Shown: positions 29,171 through 38,469, numbered from the stretch's first letter. The stretch: 64,000 bases of DNA from Candidatus Cloacimonadales bacterium (GCA_963667035.1 OY762964.1:1280001-1344000), one strand, 5' to 3'. Numbers and translations: made by a program. The notes: generated by a model from the letters alone, not told the origin.

Positions 29171-30037
29171 CTACGGTTCAAGCCAATTCTTACCGGTTCT
29201 GGCAATTAATCTTGCATTCATATAAGCCTGATCCATGGTTAGAACTGTTCGAGCAATGTACATTGCTTTATTATTCTCTTCCGAGACTTCCTGTTTATCA
29301 AGCACAATTGTCATATCAGGTTTATTATCATGATTAACTAATGCTACAGGCATAAGTAATTGAATCTTATCTTTATGCCATATTGGTACACTATAATGAT
29401 AATTCCTTCTGATCATCTTTTTGGAAGACTCTACAGCTCCAAACAGAGCATTTCTTATTAGCATAGGATTTTTATTTAACTCGGATGGGAATCTCTCAAT
29501 ATTGTCTTCGATTATATGTTCATAATTAATTTCAAGCTCAAGTCTATAATCAAAAATCAAATCGGCGGGATTAACTATGTATTCAGCTAATTCAGGAGAA
29601 TAGGGATAATACTTCATACGATCGTCGTTCGACTTAATAAAGTCTTGAAAATACCAGTCACATGAGTCACCGTTACCATTAACATTTTTAGAAAATATCG
29701 CATAAATATCGCTACCGTATCTCGTCTGTAATCCGGTGTTAAAACATGCCCAAGAACCATTATTATTAAAAACTATCTTATTTTCATCCTGAAGTCTCAT
29801 GAAAGTGTAATTCAAGTAATTTGTTAAAATCGGGATATCTTGATTTCTATATCTGTTTCTGGTATCTTTATGGGTAAAGTTCCAGCTTTCGGAATCTGCT
29901 AAATCTGCTAATTTTTTAAAAGGTGTCTCCCAGGTCTCTCCGTTTTTGCTATCGAAATAGAAGAAAGCAAAAGCACTTCTATATTCTTGTTCATTGCAAC
30001 GACGGAAAAGGCTGGCATACTTTTTCTTTTCAGACAT
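29171..30037 (-). CDS. DUF3825-like protein
   Basis: ESW...PILTNYLNYTF, FNTGL, HIIEDNIERFP, QLLMP, RTVLT...AYMNARLI motifs. ATG at 30037 follows AAAGGAGG. Confidence 0.75.
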   Translation of the reverse strand: MSEKKKYASLFRRCNEQEYRSAFAFFYFDSKNGETWETPFKKLADLADSESWNFTHKDTRNRYRNQDIPILTNYLNYTFMRLQDENKIVFNNNGSWACFNTGLQTRYGSDIYAIFSKNVNGNGDSCDWYFQDFIKSNDDRMKYYPYSPELAEYIVNPADLIFDYRLELEINYEHIIEDNIERFPSELNKNPMLIRNALFGAVESSKKMIRRNYHYSVPIWHKDKIQLLMPVALVNHDNKPDMTIVLDKQEVSEENNKAMYIARTVLTMDQAYMNARLIARTGKNWLEP

Positions 30038-30170
30038 AAAACCTCCTTTATAAATTAATGCCTCACTGAAAATATATGGAAAATTCATGACAAGCAAAAT
30101 TTAAAGCAAATTATCTTGCTAATAATACCTATTTAAGCATTATTGAGTTAGTTTATTGAATGGAGATGTA

Positions 30171-30611
30171 ATGAAAGTAGATTTCTCAAAAACATGGATA
30201 CATTATGTAATTGCTGTACTATATAGCGTTCTTTTCTCAATCTTGGTTATAATGATAGGTAACCTTGGAATAAAAACCCTGATTGGTGCATTTGCTATTT
30301 CATGCCCTTCTTTTCTTTTCGGTATACATGCAATAATGCCGGAAGCCGCTCATGGTGTAAAATTGTTACCAAGTTGGTACAGACGCATATTAGCCAGTTT
30401 CTCTTTTATTATCCCAAGCTTCACAAGCTTTGCTATCGGGATTCAAGAATTGCATCTTTTCCGTGGAAGCAAAGTAACTCTTGAATTCGATAAATCTTTT
30501 TGGATTATTGTAATAATCTGCTATCTTCTCCTCTATAAATTCTTTATTGTCTCAGCTTGGGTATATGAAGGATATAATAATGACAAAAGAAAGGCTAGAA
30601 TAAACAGCTAA
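30171..30611 (+). CDS. Hypothetical 4-TM membrane protein
   Basis: Hydrophobic ORF; GGAG SD before ATG at 30171. Confidence 0.65.
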   Translation: MKVDFSKTWIHYVIAVLYSVLFSILVIMIGNLGIKTLIGAFAISCPSFLFGIHAIMPEAAHGVKLLPSWYRRILASFSFIIPSFTSFAIGIQELHLFRGSKVTLEFDKSFWIIVIICYLLLYKFFIVSAWVYEGYNNDKRKARINS

Positions 30612-30618
30612 GACCTAA

Positions 30619-31392
30619 CTAATTATTCCTTACTTTAATCATTTCAGCCATAATACTTACGGCTATCTCCCAAGGTGTTCTTGAACCTATTTTGATACCA
30701 ATAGGAGCATGGACTCTGTTTATCTGTTCCTCAGTAAATCCTTTCGATAACATGTTATCGAAGATTTCTTTTGTTTTATTCTTACTTCCCATCATACCAA
30801 GGTAATGGATAGGAACATCAATCAATGCCTCTAAGACTTCCTGATCATGTTTATGCCCGAATGTCATTATAACTGCATAAGCCTTCCCTGGATGATCTAT
30901 AACATCAGCTGCATTAGCATACTCAATAACCTTACAACTCTCAGCTTCAGGATGCTTGGTTTTATTAGCCCAATCTTCTCTACTATCTGTTACTACTACT
31001 CTAAAACCACATCTTGAAGCTAGTTTGCATAAAGCAATCCCGCAATGACCTGCCCCAAATATATATAGTACCGGATGCTGATTGAGAGGTTCAATCATGA
31101 CTCTCGCAAGTCCCCCACAAATCATATCATTACTGTTATTCTGTCCTAAATCAAATTCCAATGTCTTTGTTTGTAAAGGCTTCTCTGTACGAACCATTTG
31201 GATAATCTGATACTCTATATCACCACCACCGATTGTCCCATGTACTTCTGATCCATTCTCAGGAATTAGCATTTTCATACCTTCAGATGCAGGAGAAGAT
31301 CCGTTAACTTCGGTAATTGTCACCATCCAAGCCGGTATACTTTCAGTTATAAATTCTGCTAAATGCCTGTAGAAATTATTATTCATTTTCAT
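30619..31392 (-). CDS. XdhC/CoxI-family xanthine dehydrogenase accessory protein
   Basis: GTIGGG, MICGG, IFGAGH, YLGMMGS and APIGI...TPWEIAVSI motifs. Confidence 0.92.
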   Translation of the reverse strand: MKMNNNFYRHLAEFITESIPAWMVTITEVNGSSPASEGMKMLIPENGSEVHGTIGGGDIEYQIIQMVRTEKPLQTKTLEFDLGQNNSNDMICGGLARVMIEPLNQHPVLYIFGAGHCGIALCKLASRCGFRVVVTDSREDWANKTKHPEAESCKVIEYANAADVIDHPGKAYAVIMTFGHKHDQEVLEALIDVPIHYLGMMGSKNKTKEIFDNMLSKGFTEEQINRVHAPIGIKIGSRTPWEIAVSIMAEMIKVRNN

Positions 31393-31927
31393 ACCCCTTT
31401 ATGTCTCTCTTATAATTAACATTTCTATAAATGCCTATATCGTCACATAAAACATGTAAAGTTTTTCTTTTTTTTATTTGTTCATATAATGGTACTAAAG
31501 GATTTTCCAGTATGGATAATTTAACTGCATTTGATATTGCAATAGGGTGTCCTGATTTGTTGCTAAATACAGGCTTTATGACATCAAAATCATGGCTTGA
31601 ATTAACAAGTAAATCAACCGTTTCTTTCTTTACATACGGGAAATCTACCGGATAGATAAGATAGTAATTATCATCAGAGTAGTTTAATCCCAAAACAATG
31701 CTCTCAATCATGCCTGATTCAGGAGTACTATTCACAACTATCTTCATATTAGAGTAGTGATTAAAACAATAAGCTTCTACTAAAGGATTTACGATAATGA
31801 TAATATCCTTACATCCAAGACAATTCTCAACAGCCTTTTCCAGATATGTCTGAGATTCTATTTTTAATAAAGCTTTGGGGCTACCGATTCTTCGTCCGTA
31901 GCCCCCTGCCAAAATTATTGCTGTAAT
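31379..31927 (-). CDS. MocA/YgfJ-like molybdenum cofactor nucleotidyltransferase (non-canonical start, see findings)
   Basis: ITAIILAGGYGRRIGSPKALL (read manually upstream of the TTG at 31912); PVDFP; GHP. Confidence 0.82.
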   Translation of the reverse strand: MTAIILAGGYGRRIGSPKALLKIESQTYLEKAVENCLGCKDIIIIVNPLVEAYCFNHYSNMKIVVNSTPESGMIESIVLGLNYSDDNYYLIYPVDFPYVKKETVDLLVNSSHDFDVIKPVFSNKSGHPIAISNAVKLSILENPLVPLYEQIKKRKTLHVLCDDIGIYRNVNYKRDIKGYENE

Positions 31928-33388
31928 CTATAGCTCCTTTAAGAGTCCTGTTTTCTCGTTAAATTCACTAATCAGCCTATCCCATTCATTCACTTGAGAG
32001 AACTTATCTGTCCAATATCCTTTATCATACCATTGAGCATTAAGCTCATCAACCGTCTTGCCTTGTTGCTCAACCCAGGTAAAGTATTTGAGATTATGCA
32101 TACGTTTTTTATCATAGTATGTTAGTTCTATCTGGGAATCAATACCAATATGTAAGAAACGACCTTCAAAATCAATCGCTGCTCTTTCTCGATTATATTG
32201 TCCTTCTTTCTCTCTATACTCAAGCACTCTTGATTGATACATTTCCATAGAATCGGTTGCAACAGTAAACAATACATCATCCTCTGTCATTTCATAGTAC
32301 TTTGCCATTTTAATAGTACCTATAATATTAGCAATTGATGAGATACCTAGTAGCTCTAATTTATTTATCAGTTCTCTACTGATTCCTTTCTCCATCATAT
32401 ACTCATGACCTGCAGGCTCGTTAAACAATCGCATTGTTGCAATCACTAAATCATCATCAATTCCGGCTGCCATATCCATAGTTTTTATGTTGTGAACCCA
32501 AGGTACATGCTTATCTCCAATACCCTCGATTCGATGCCCACCATAACCATTATATAGTAATGTAGGACATTGTAAAGCTTCCCCAACCGATAACTTCATA
32601 TTCGGATATATCTCTTTAAGATATTCGGCACAACCTAATGTTCCGGCAGAACCTTGAGTCAGGAATATACCTGCAAATCTATCTCCATCTTTCTTCTCGG
32701 CGTTAAAGACTTCTTCCATAGCAGGACCTGTTACGGCATAATGCCAAATAGGATTACCGAATTGCTCAAACTGGTTCATGTTAACAATTGTGTCACCCCT
32801 CTCATGCAGAAGTTCCTTAGCTTTATCGTAAATCTCTTTAACATTACTTTCACAACCAGGAGTTGCGAATACTTCCGCACCTATCTCTTTAAGCCAATTA
32901 AATCTTTCCTGACTCATCTCTTCCGGCAATATAGCAATTGCATGGCAATCCAACAAAGCAGAATTATAAGCACCACCTCTACAGTAGTTACCTGTTGATG
33001 GCCACAAAGCTTTCTGAGTAGTAGGATCAAAAGTACCTGTTACAAGTTTTTCAACTAAAGGACCAAATGTTGCACCTACTTTATGGGCTCCTGTGGGAAA
33101 GAACTTCCCCACAAGAACATATATAGGAGAGGGAATCCCTGTTAATTCGGAGGGGAGCTTGATATAATTCACATCTCCGAATCCTCCGCCATTTTTAACG
33201 GGTTCATTCTTCCAAGTAATTCTGAAAAGGTTAAGGGGATTCAAATCCCATAATCCAACATCTTTGAGCTTATGCTTTATCCGTTCCGGTATTAAATCAG
33301 GATTCTTCATCTGATTGTAGGTTGGAATAATAATATTTTTCTCACGACATCTTCTAATAGTATTGCTCAGAATTTCATTCTTATTCAT
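31928..33388 (-). CDS. PLP-dependent fold-type II enzyme (cysteine synthase/ammonia-lyase-like)
   Basis: FPTGAHKVGA (PLP Lys), PSTGNY, EEMSQER, NQF, GSAGT and HRIEGIGDK motifs. Confidence 0.85.
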   Translation of the reverse strand: MNKNEILSNTIRRCREKNIIIPTYNQMKNPDLIPERIKHKLKDVGLWDLNPLNLFRITWKNEPVKNGGGFGDVNYIKLPSELTGIPSPIYVLVGKFFPTGAHKVGATFGPLVEKLVTGTFDPTTQKALWPSTGNYCRGGAYNSALLDCHAIAILPEEMSQERFNWLKEIGAEVFATPGCESNVKEIYDKAKELLHERGDTIVNMNQFEQFGNPIWHYAVTGPAMEEVFNAEKKDGDRFAGIFLTQGSAGTLGCAEYLKEIYPNMKLSVGEALQCPTLLYNGYGGHRIEGIGDKHVPWVHNIKTMDMAAGIDDDLVIATMRLFNEPAGHEYMMEKGISRELINKLELLGISSIANIIGTIKMAKYYEMTEDDVLFTVATDSMEMYQSRVLEYREKEGQYNRERAAIDFEGRFLHIGIDSQIELTYYDKKRMHNLKYFTWVEQQGKTVDELNAQWYDKGYWTDKFSQVNEWDRLISEFNEKTGLLKEL

Positions 33389-33398
33389 CTCTCCCCCT

Positions 33399-34583
33399 TT
33401 AAAATCTTTCTATATTTCTTTCTAACACTTCGGTAAGCTTGAGTTTTGGATTTCTGAATCTGGTCAGGAATATCATTGCCGCAATCACAAATGGCTTATA
33501 TCCCGCTTCTTTATATGTTTCTTTTCTATATCTTTCAAACACGGATTTGGAGACTTCTCCCCTCTCACAGCTTACATCCGATATGTCGGCTGGTAAGCAA
33601 TGCATGTATAAAGCACTACCGTTATTTGTAAGTTTCATCATCTCATCATTACATTCCCAATTCATATAATTGGCATTATTTTTTAAACATGCTTGTTCAA
33701 GGGCTTTCAATCCTTCCATATCGCTATTCTTTAAGAGCTCTGTTCTCTGTTGCATCACTGCATAAGGAGCCCACGATTTAGGATAAACTATATCTGCATC
33801 CTTAAATGCCTCTTCCATTGAACTAGCGACTTTGAAACTACCACCATATTGTATTGCCTGTTGCCCTGCCATTTTCACTACATCCGGTATCAAGCCATAT
33901 CCTTCCGGATGTGCCAAGGTTACATCCATACCCATTCTTGTCATGAGACCTATTATCCCCTGAGGCACGCTTAAAGGTTTCCCATAACTAGGTGAATATG
34001 CCCAAGTCATAGCTATTTTCTTGCCTTTTAAGTTCTCAACTCCTCCGAAATAATCTCTAAGCATAGCTAAATCAGCCATAGATTGAGTAGGATGATCAAT
34101 ATCACATTGCAGATTAATAAGTGAAGGTCTCTGATGTAGTGTTCCTTCATTGAATCCAAGATTAAGAGCTTCTGCAACTTCTCTCATATATCTGTTACCT
34201 TCACCAAGATACATATCGTCTCTAATACCTATAGCCTCAGCTAAGAATGATATCATGTTTGCTGTCTCTCTAACTGTCTCACCATGGGCAATCTGTGATT
34301 TCTGCTCATCCAGATCACTTACTGCCAAACCTAAAGCATTAGCTGCTGAGGCATAGCTAAATCTAGTTCTTGTTGAATTATCCCTAAACACTGATATTGC
34401 AAGCCCTTCGGAAAAAGCTCGAAATGAACGTCCCATTTTATGTAACTCCGAGAATATCTCTGTTAATAATTGAGTTGCTTCTATCTGATTATCGGTTTTC
34501 TCCCAAGTAAGAAGAAAATCATTACCGTAATCTCCAATATTTAGTCCTAGAAATCTCTCAATCTTATCTTCCAAGTGTTTCAT
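33399..34583 (-). CDS. ygeW: Knotted carbamoyltransferase YgeW
   Basis: DFLLTWEK, FRDNSTRTRFS, QCDIDHPTQ, WAYSPSYGKPLSVPQG and MHCLPADI motifs. Confidence 0.93.
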   Translation of the reverse strand: MKHLEDKIERFLGLNIGDYGNDFLLTWEKTDNQIEATQLLTEIFSELHKMGRSFRAFSEGLAISVFRDNSTRTRFSYASAANALGLAVSDLDEQKSQIAHGETVRETANMISFLAEAIGIRDDMYLGEGNRYMREVAEALNLGFNEGTLHQRPSLINLQCDIDHPTQSMADLAMLRDYFGGVENLKGKKIAMTWAYSPSYGKPLSVPQGIIGLMTRMGMDVTLAHPEGYGLIPDVVKMAGQQAIQYGGSFKVASSMEEAFKDADIVYPKSWAPYAVMQQRTELLKNSDMEGLKALEQACLKNNANYMNWECNDEMMKLTNNGSALYMHCLPADISDVSCERGEVSKSVFERYRKETYKEAGYKPFVIAAMIFLTRFRNPKLKLTEVLERNIERF

Positions 34584-35059
34584 TTATTTACCTTCTTATT
34601 CATAATATCCTTAGCATACAATACTGCATCAATAATCTGTTTGTAACCTGTACATCTACACAGATTTCCTTTTAAAGCCTGTTTTATCTCATCAATAGTC
34701 GGATTAGGGTTACTCACTAACAGAGCATAAGTTGAAAGTACCATTCCTGGAGTACAAAAACCACATTGGATAGCCCCGCAATCTACAAAAGCTTGCTGTA
34801 TTGGATGTAGATTGCCGGATTCACCTTTAAGCCCTTCTATTGTCATTACTTTATGACCGATTATGTCTTTTACTTTTTTTAAACAGGAACGAACTGCAAC
34901 ATCATCTACAATTATTGTACAAGCACCGCAGACACCTATCTCGCATCCATTCTTAGCTCCTGTTAAATTCAATTCCTCTCTTAAATAATCCAGAAGTTTC
35001 AGTTCGTAAAACGTCTTATCTATCTCTATAACATTACCATTAATATATGTCTTACTCAT
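34580..35059 (-). CDS. Xanthine dehydrogenase-family [2Fe-2S] subunit
   Basis: GCEIGVCGAC, QCGFCTPG and NLCRCTGY motifs. Confidence 0.93.
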   Translation of the reverse strand: MSKTYINGNVIEIDKTFYELKLLDYLREELNLTGAKNGCEIGVCGACTIIVDDVAVRSCLKKVKDIIGHKVMTIEGLKGESGNLHPIQQAFVDCGAIQCGFCTPGMVLSTYALLVSNPNPTIDEIKQALKGNLCRCTGYKQIIDAVLYAKDIMNKKVNK

Positions 35060-37295
35060 ACCTTTTTCCCCTCATAGCTTTCTCAAGCGGATAACTATAG
35101 AATCTCTGACCTGTAGCTCTGTAAACTGCATTAGCTATTGCAGGAGCAATCAGTTCCAAAGCCGGTTCTCCTATTCCCTTAGCACCTGAAGGCGTATTCT
35201 GGTCTTCGCATTCTATAATAGAAGCGTTAATCTCAGGAACTTCCGTTATTCTCGGTATTCTGTATTTATGCAGATTCAGATTAGCAATTCTGCCATCTTG
35301 TACGTTCAAGTCTTCCATTATAGCCATACCGGCACCTTGTGTTAAACCTCCATAGATTTGACCAAGTAAATAGGGTTCATTTATCTTCTTACCAATATCA
35401 TGAACCGCATAGGACTTAAGAAGCTTTATCTTGCCTGTTTTCTTATCAACTTCCACTTCGGCAACATTCGCACTATAAACCCAAGTGAAATACGCTTTAC
35501 CTTTACCTGTCTCTTCATCCCAATCTACTTTTGGTGCGGCAAATGTCCCGAAAGCATAAGGATAGATACTCTTCTTATTCATCATTGAAACAACTTCATC
35601 CCAACTAAATGACACATCCCTACCCCAAATCCTATCGTCTCTAAACTGTACTTCATCTACTTTACATAATAGTTCTTTCTTCAAAGCTTTAGCTACTATC
35701 TTTTTAAGTACTTTCACAGCATTAACAACAGCCCCTCCACCCATTAAAGTACCTCTTGAGGCAACTGTAGTTCCCCCGTCCGGTATATGAGAGGTGGAAG
35801 CTCTGTTATATCTGATTCTGTTCCTATTCACACCCAAATGCTCAGCCAGAATCATTATCATTGCACTTTCCGCTCCTTGACCATTTTCATGTACTCCTGT
35901 CTCCAGTAAAATAGTACCGTCAAATTGGGCATTGATAATCGCAGAGCAGAAATCCATTCCTTCTGCTCCCAGACTACAACCACGGTAGGATAAAGATAAA
36001 CCTATTCCATATTGCTTATCACCCTCTCCCCAACTGCATTGTTTAAGCTTCTTGATATATTCTGATTCTTTAATAATTCTATCCAAAGCAACACCCGCAT
36101 TAACAACATGGTTATCCATTCTTTGTTCGGTAATGGTCTTACAACCTTGAGTTAACAAATTGAGTCTTCTAAACTCTATCTCGGTAATACCAAGTTTCTC
36201 GGCACATTCCTCTACCAGTTGCTCAATTGCAAAGTTCACTTGGGGCGAGCCAAAACCACGAAACGCTCCTGTTGCAGGATTATTAGTATGTACTCCATAT
36301 ATATCAGCTTTAACATTAGGAACCTGATATGCTCCGCAACATTGGACAGTAGACCTCCATGTCACCCACGGAGTAACCGAGGTAAACGCTCCTCCGTCTG
36401 CTATCATACTACACTCAACAGCATGGAACTTATTATCTTTCAATCCTATCTTGTATTTCATCGTATAGGGATGTCTTTTATAGCTTTCCCGCATTGACCA
36501 TTCACGGGAGTAGGTCATTTTAACGGGAGCATTACATAGTATCGAAGCTAAAGCCGCTCTGGCGCAGACAAATCCTGCCGTATCGTCTTTTCCTCCGAAA
36601 CCTCCACCCATTGGCACACTTATCACTTCAACTTCGGATAGTTGCACTCCCAGTGTCTCCGCTATAAATCTTCTCGCAGAGAAAGGATGTTGCATACTAC
36701 CTCGAACTTCCATAACTCCATCATCTCTTTGATAGCACAAAGCTGTTTCCGGTTCCATATAAGCATGCTCTACGTATCCCGTCTCAAATTCACGTTCAAT
36801 TATCAAGTCTGATTCATCAAAAGCTCTCTCCGGATTTCCTCTTCTAATTACATGCTTGTTGATAAGATTGCTACCCTTGTTTTCATGAACTAGATTTGTG
36901 TCATCTTCAAGAGCTAGAATAGGATTCGTAATTTCCGGTAGTTGCTTAACTTGGATTTTAACAAATGGAATTGCATCAATAGCCTGTTTTCTTGTTTGGG
37001 CAACAATAATGGCTACTACATCTCCATAGAATCTTATCTTATCTGAAGCAAGTAGATAAGCGTCCTTGTAAATCTGCCCCAATGGATTTGCACCGGGTAT
37101 ATCCTTAGCAGTAATTACTTTTACTATCCCTTCTTGTTTCATAGCTTCGGAATAGTCTATATCAATAATCCTTGCATGTATATACTCGGTATAAACCGGG
37201 ACAGCATGCAACATACCATTCATTTTAATATCATCGGTATATTTTGCCTTACCGGTAACTTTTGCATACGCATCGTTTCTATAAGCTTTCTTCAT
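35052..37295 (-). CDS. Xanthine dehydrogenase-family molybdopterin-binding subunit
   Basis: KVTGKAKY, EHAYMEPE, GGGFGGK, AFRGFG, GQG and KGIGEP motifs. ATG at 37295 follows GGGGA; the ORF track starts at 37307. Confidence 0.93.
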   Translation of the reverse strand: MKKAYRNDAYAKVTGKAKYTDDIKMNGMLHAVPVYTEYIHARIIDIDYSEAMKQEGIVKVITAKDIPGANPLGQIYKDAYLLASDKIRFYGDVVAIIVAQTRKQAIDAIPFVKIQVKQLPEITNPILALEDDTNLVHENKGSNLINKHVIRRGNPERAFDESDLIIEREFETGYVEHAYMEPETALCYQRDDGVMEVRGSMQHPFSARRFIAETLGVQLSEVEVISVPMGGGFGGKDDTAGFVCARAALASILCNAPVKMTYSREWSMRESYKRHPYTMKYKIGLKDNKFHAVECSMIADGGAFTSVTPWVTWRSTVQCCGAYQVPNVKADIYGVHTNNPATGAFRGFGSPQVNFAIEQLVEECAEKLGITEIEFRRLNLLTQGCKTITEQRMDNHVVNAGVALDRIIKESEYIKKLKQCSWGEGDKQYGIGLSLSYRGCSLGAEGMDFCSAIINAQFDGTILLETGVHENGQGAESAMIMILAEHLGVNRNRIRYNRASTSHIPDGGTTVASRGTLMGGGAVVNAVKVLKKIVAKALKKELLCKVDEVQFRDDRIWGRDVSFSWDEVVSMMNKKSIYPYAFGTFAAPKVDWDEETGKGKAYFTWVYSANVAEVEVDKKTGKIKLLKSYAVHDIGKKINEPYLLGQIYGGLTQGAGMAIMEDLNVQDGRIANLNLHKYRIPRITEVPEINASIIECEDQNTPSGAKGIGEPALELIAPAIANAVYRATGQRFYSYPLEKAMRGKRYE

Positions 37296-37467
37296 TTGTC
37301 CCCACATTCAGTTCAAATGATTTTACATCAATATTATGTTATCAATTTTCTTACCTGCTTTTACAGGTGCAACTTGCCATATTGATAACCTATTTTTTGA
37401 AGTCAATCTTTTTTCATGAATTTGAGTTTGTATCACTTCTATAGTTGTTTTCTTTTGTAGTAGAACA

Positions 37468-37705
37468 CACCGGTTTCGCAAGCTTCTGGCTCCTATCTCA
37501 CCGGGTACGCGAGCTTCCAGCTCGCATTAAGAAGTGCCGTTAAAATGCCGGCGAACCCGGTTTGTAGTGCAAGTGCTCACTTGCACATAGCTCAAAGAGC
37601 TATAACTCTACCGATCATCTTCGAGTAAGGTTTGATTGCCGAATTTACGTCAGTGGAACTTGCCGACTTCGTCGTCACAGCAACTCAGGGGAGTTGCAGT
37701 ACATT
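37468..37705. repeat. Cluster of GC-rich REP-like palindromes
   Basis: CCGGGTAC-GCGAGCT TCC AGCTCGC (37501-25) plus degenerate and inverted copies; GTA-GTGCAAGTG CT CACTTGCAC; ATAGCTC AAA GAGCTAT..CTAC; GCAACTC AGGG GAGTTGC-AGTAC. Confidence 0.65.
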
Positions 37706-37761
37706 GCGGTGCAAGTGTCTTCGTTTTGACCCACTATTTTCATCGTTCTATCATCCTTTAG

Positions 37762-37897
37762 GGCGACTTCTAAAGACATAGGAATTTTTATGGTGAAAGT
37801 TATCCACACGATGTGGACAACTTTGGCGTTCGCCAAGGAGGGTCCAAAGAGGCTCCTTGGTGGATCCAATCCGGTTCCATTGTCTTTAACAGTCGCC
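37762..37897. mobile_element. MITE-like 136-bp element (alternatively a structured ncRNA)
   Basis: Terminal IR GGCGACTtcTAAAGACA / TGTCTTTAacAGTCGCC, flanked by TAG on both sides; two internal hairpins. Confidence 0.55.
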
Positions 37898-38076
37898 TAG
37901 AATGGGCGTAGAAGGTTCATGACATGCTCATTTTGCTGGCGAGTCACCCTTAAAAGTATCCACCCTAGGGAGGTCAAAGTTTTACCAAGAAAAATACTAC
38001 GTAAACAACATGATATAATATCATCAATAGAGACGAGTGTCTATATTGGCTATATACTTGATGATGTCTCTAAAAA

Positions 38077-38289
38077 TTATTTAATCAGTACTACCTTTCT
38101 TGTTGCGGTATAAGCTCCTGATTTCAATTTACAGAAATAGATTCCACTAGATAGTCGATGTCCTTTTGAATCTGTTCCATTCCAAACTATCGAAGAATTA
38201 CAATTATTATCAGTATCATTCATAATAGTTCTAATCAAGCGACCTTTTAAATCGTAAATCTCAATAGTAAACTGAGAATTCTTAGTGAT
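38077..38289 (-). pseudogene. Orphan 3' remnant encoding a FlgD-Ig/T9SS-type C-terminal domain
   Basis: Manual translation ITKNSQFTIEIYDLKGRLIRTI...IVWNGTDSKGHRLSSGIYFCKLKSGAYTATRKVVLIK*, preceded by an in-frame TAA. Confidence 0.8.
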
Positions 38290-38469
38290 TTATCCTAAAT
38301 TCATCGAAAGCTTCGATCAGACAAGACTCAGGGAATTGCAGTACATTTTTGGACAGCATCCGTCTATGTCTATACTGAAATTATACAGACGGTTAATTTG
38401 TATGCTTCTTAAAATGCATTGGCATAGATAATGTACTCACTAAAATAATCCTATTTTATGTTATGGAGA

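Noticed and set aside
30619..37295. Selenocysteine recoding in the Xdh cluster
   Set aside because: The ORFs are uninterrupted with no in-frame TGA; the only odd junction is a TAG.
37762..37897. tRNA, retron msr-msd or oriC interpretation
   Set aside because: No T-loop/anticodon cloverleaf, no reverse transcriptase in the window, and only two DnaA boxes with no dnaA-type context.
37675..38113. ORFs 37675..37869 and 37919..38113
   Set aside because: They run through palindromic/MITE DNA or antisense to the CTD remnant, with no SD or family motifs.
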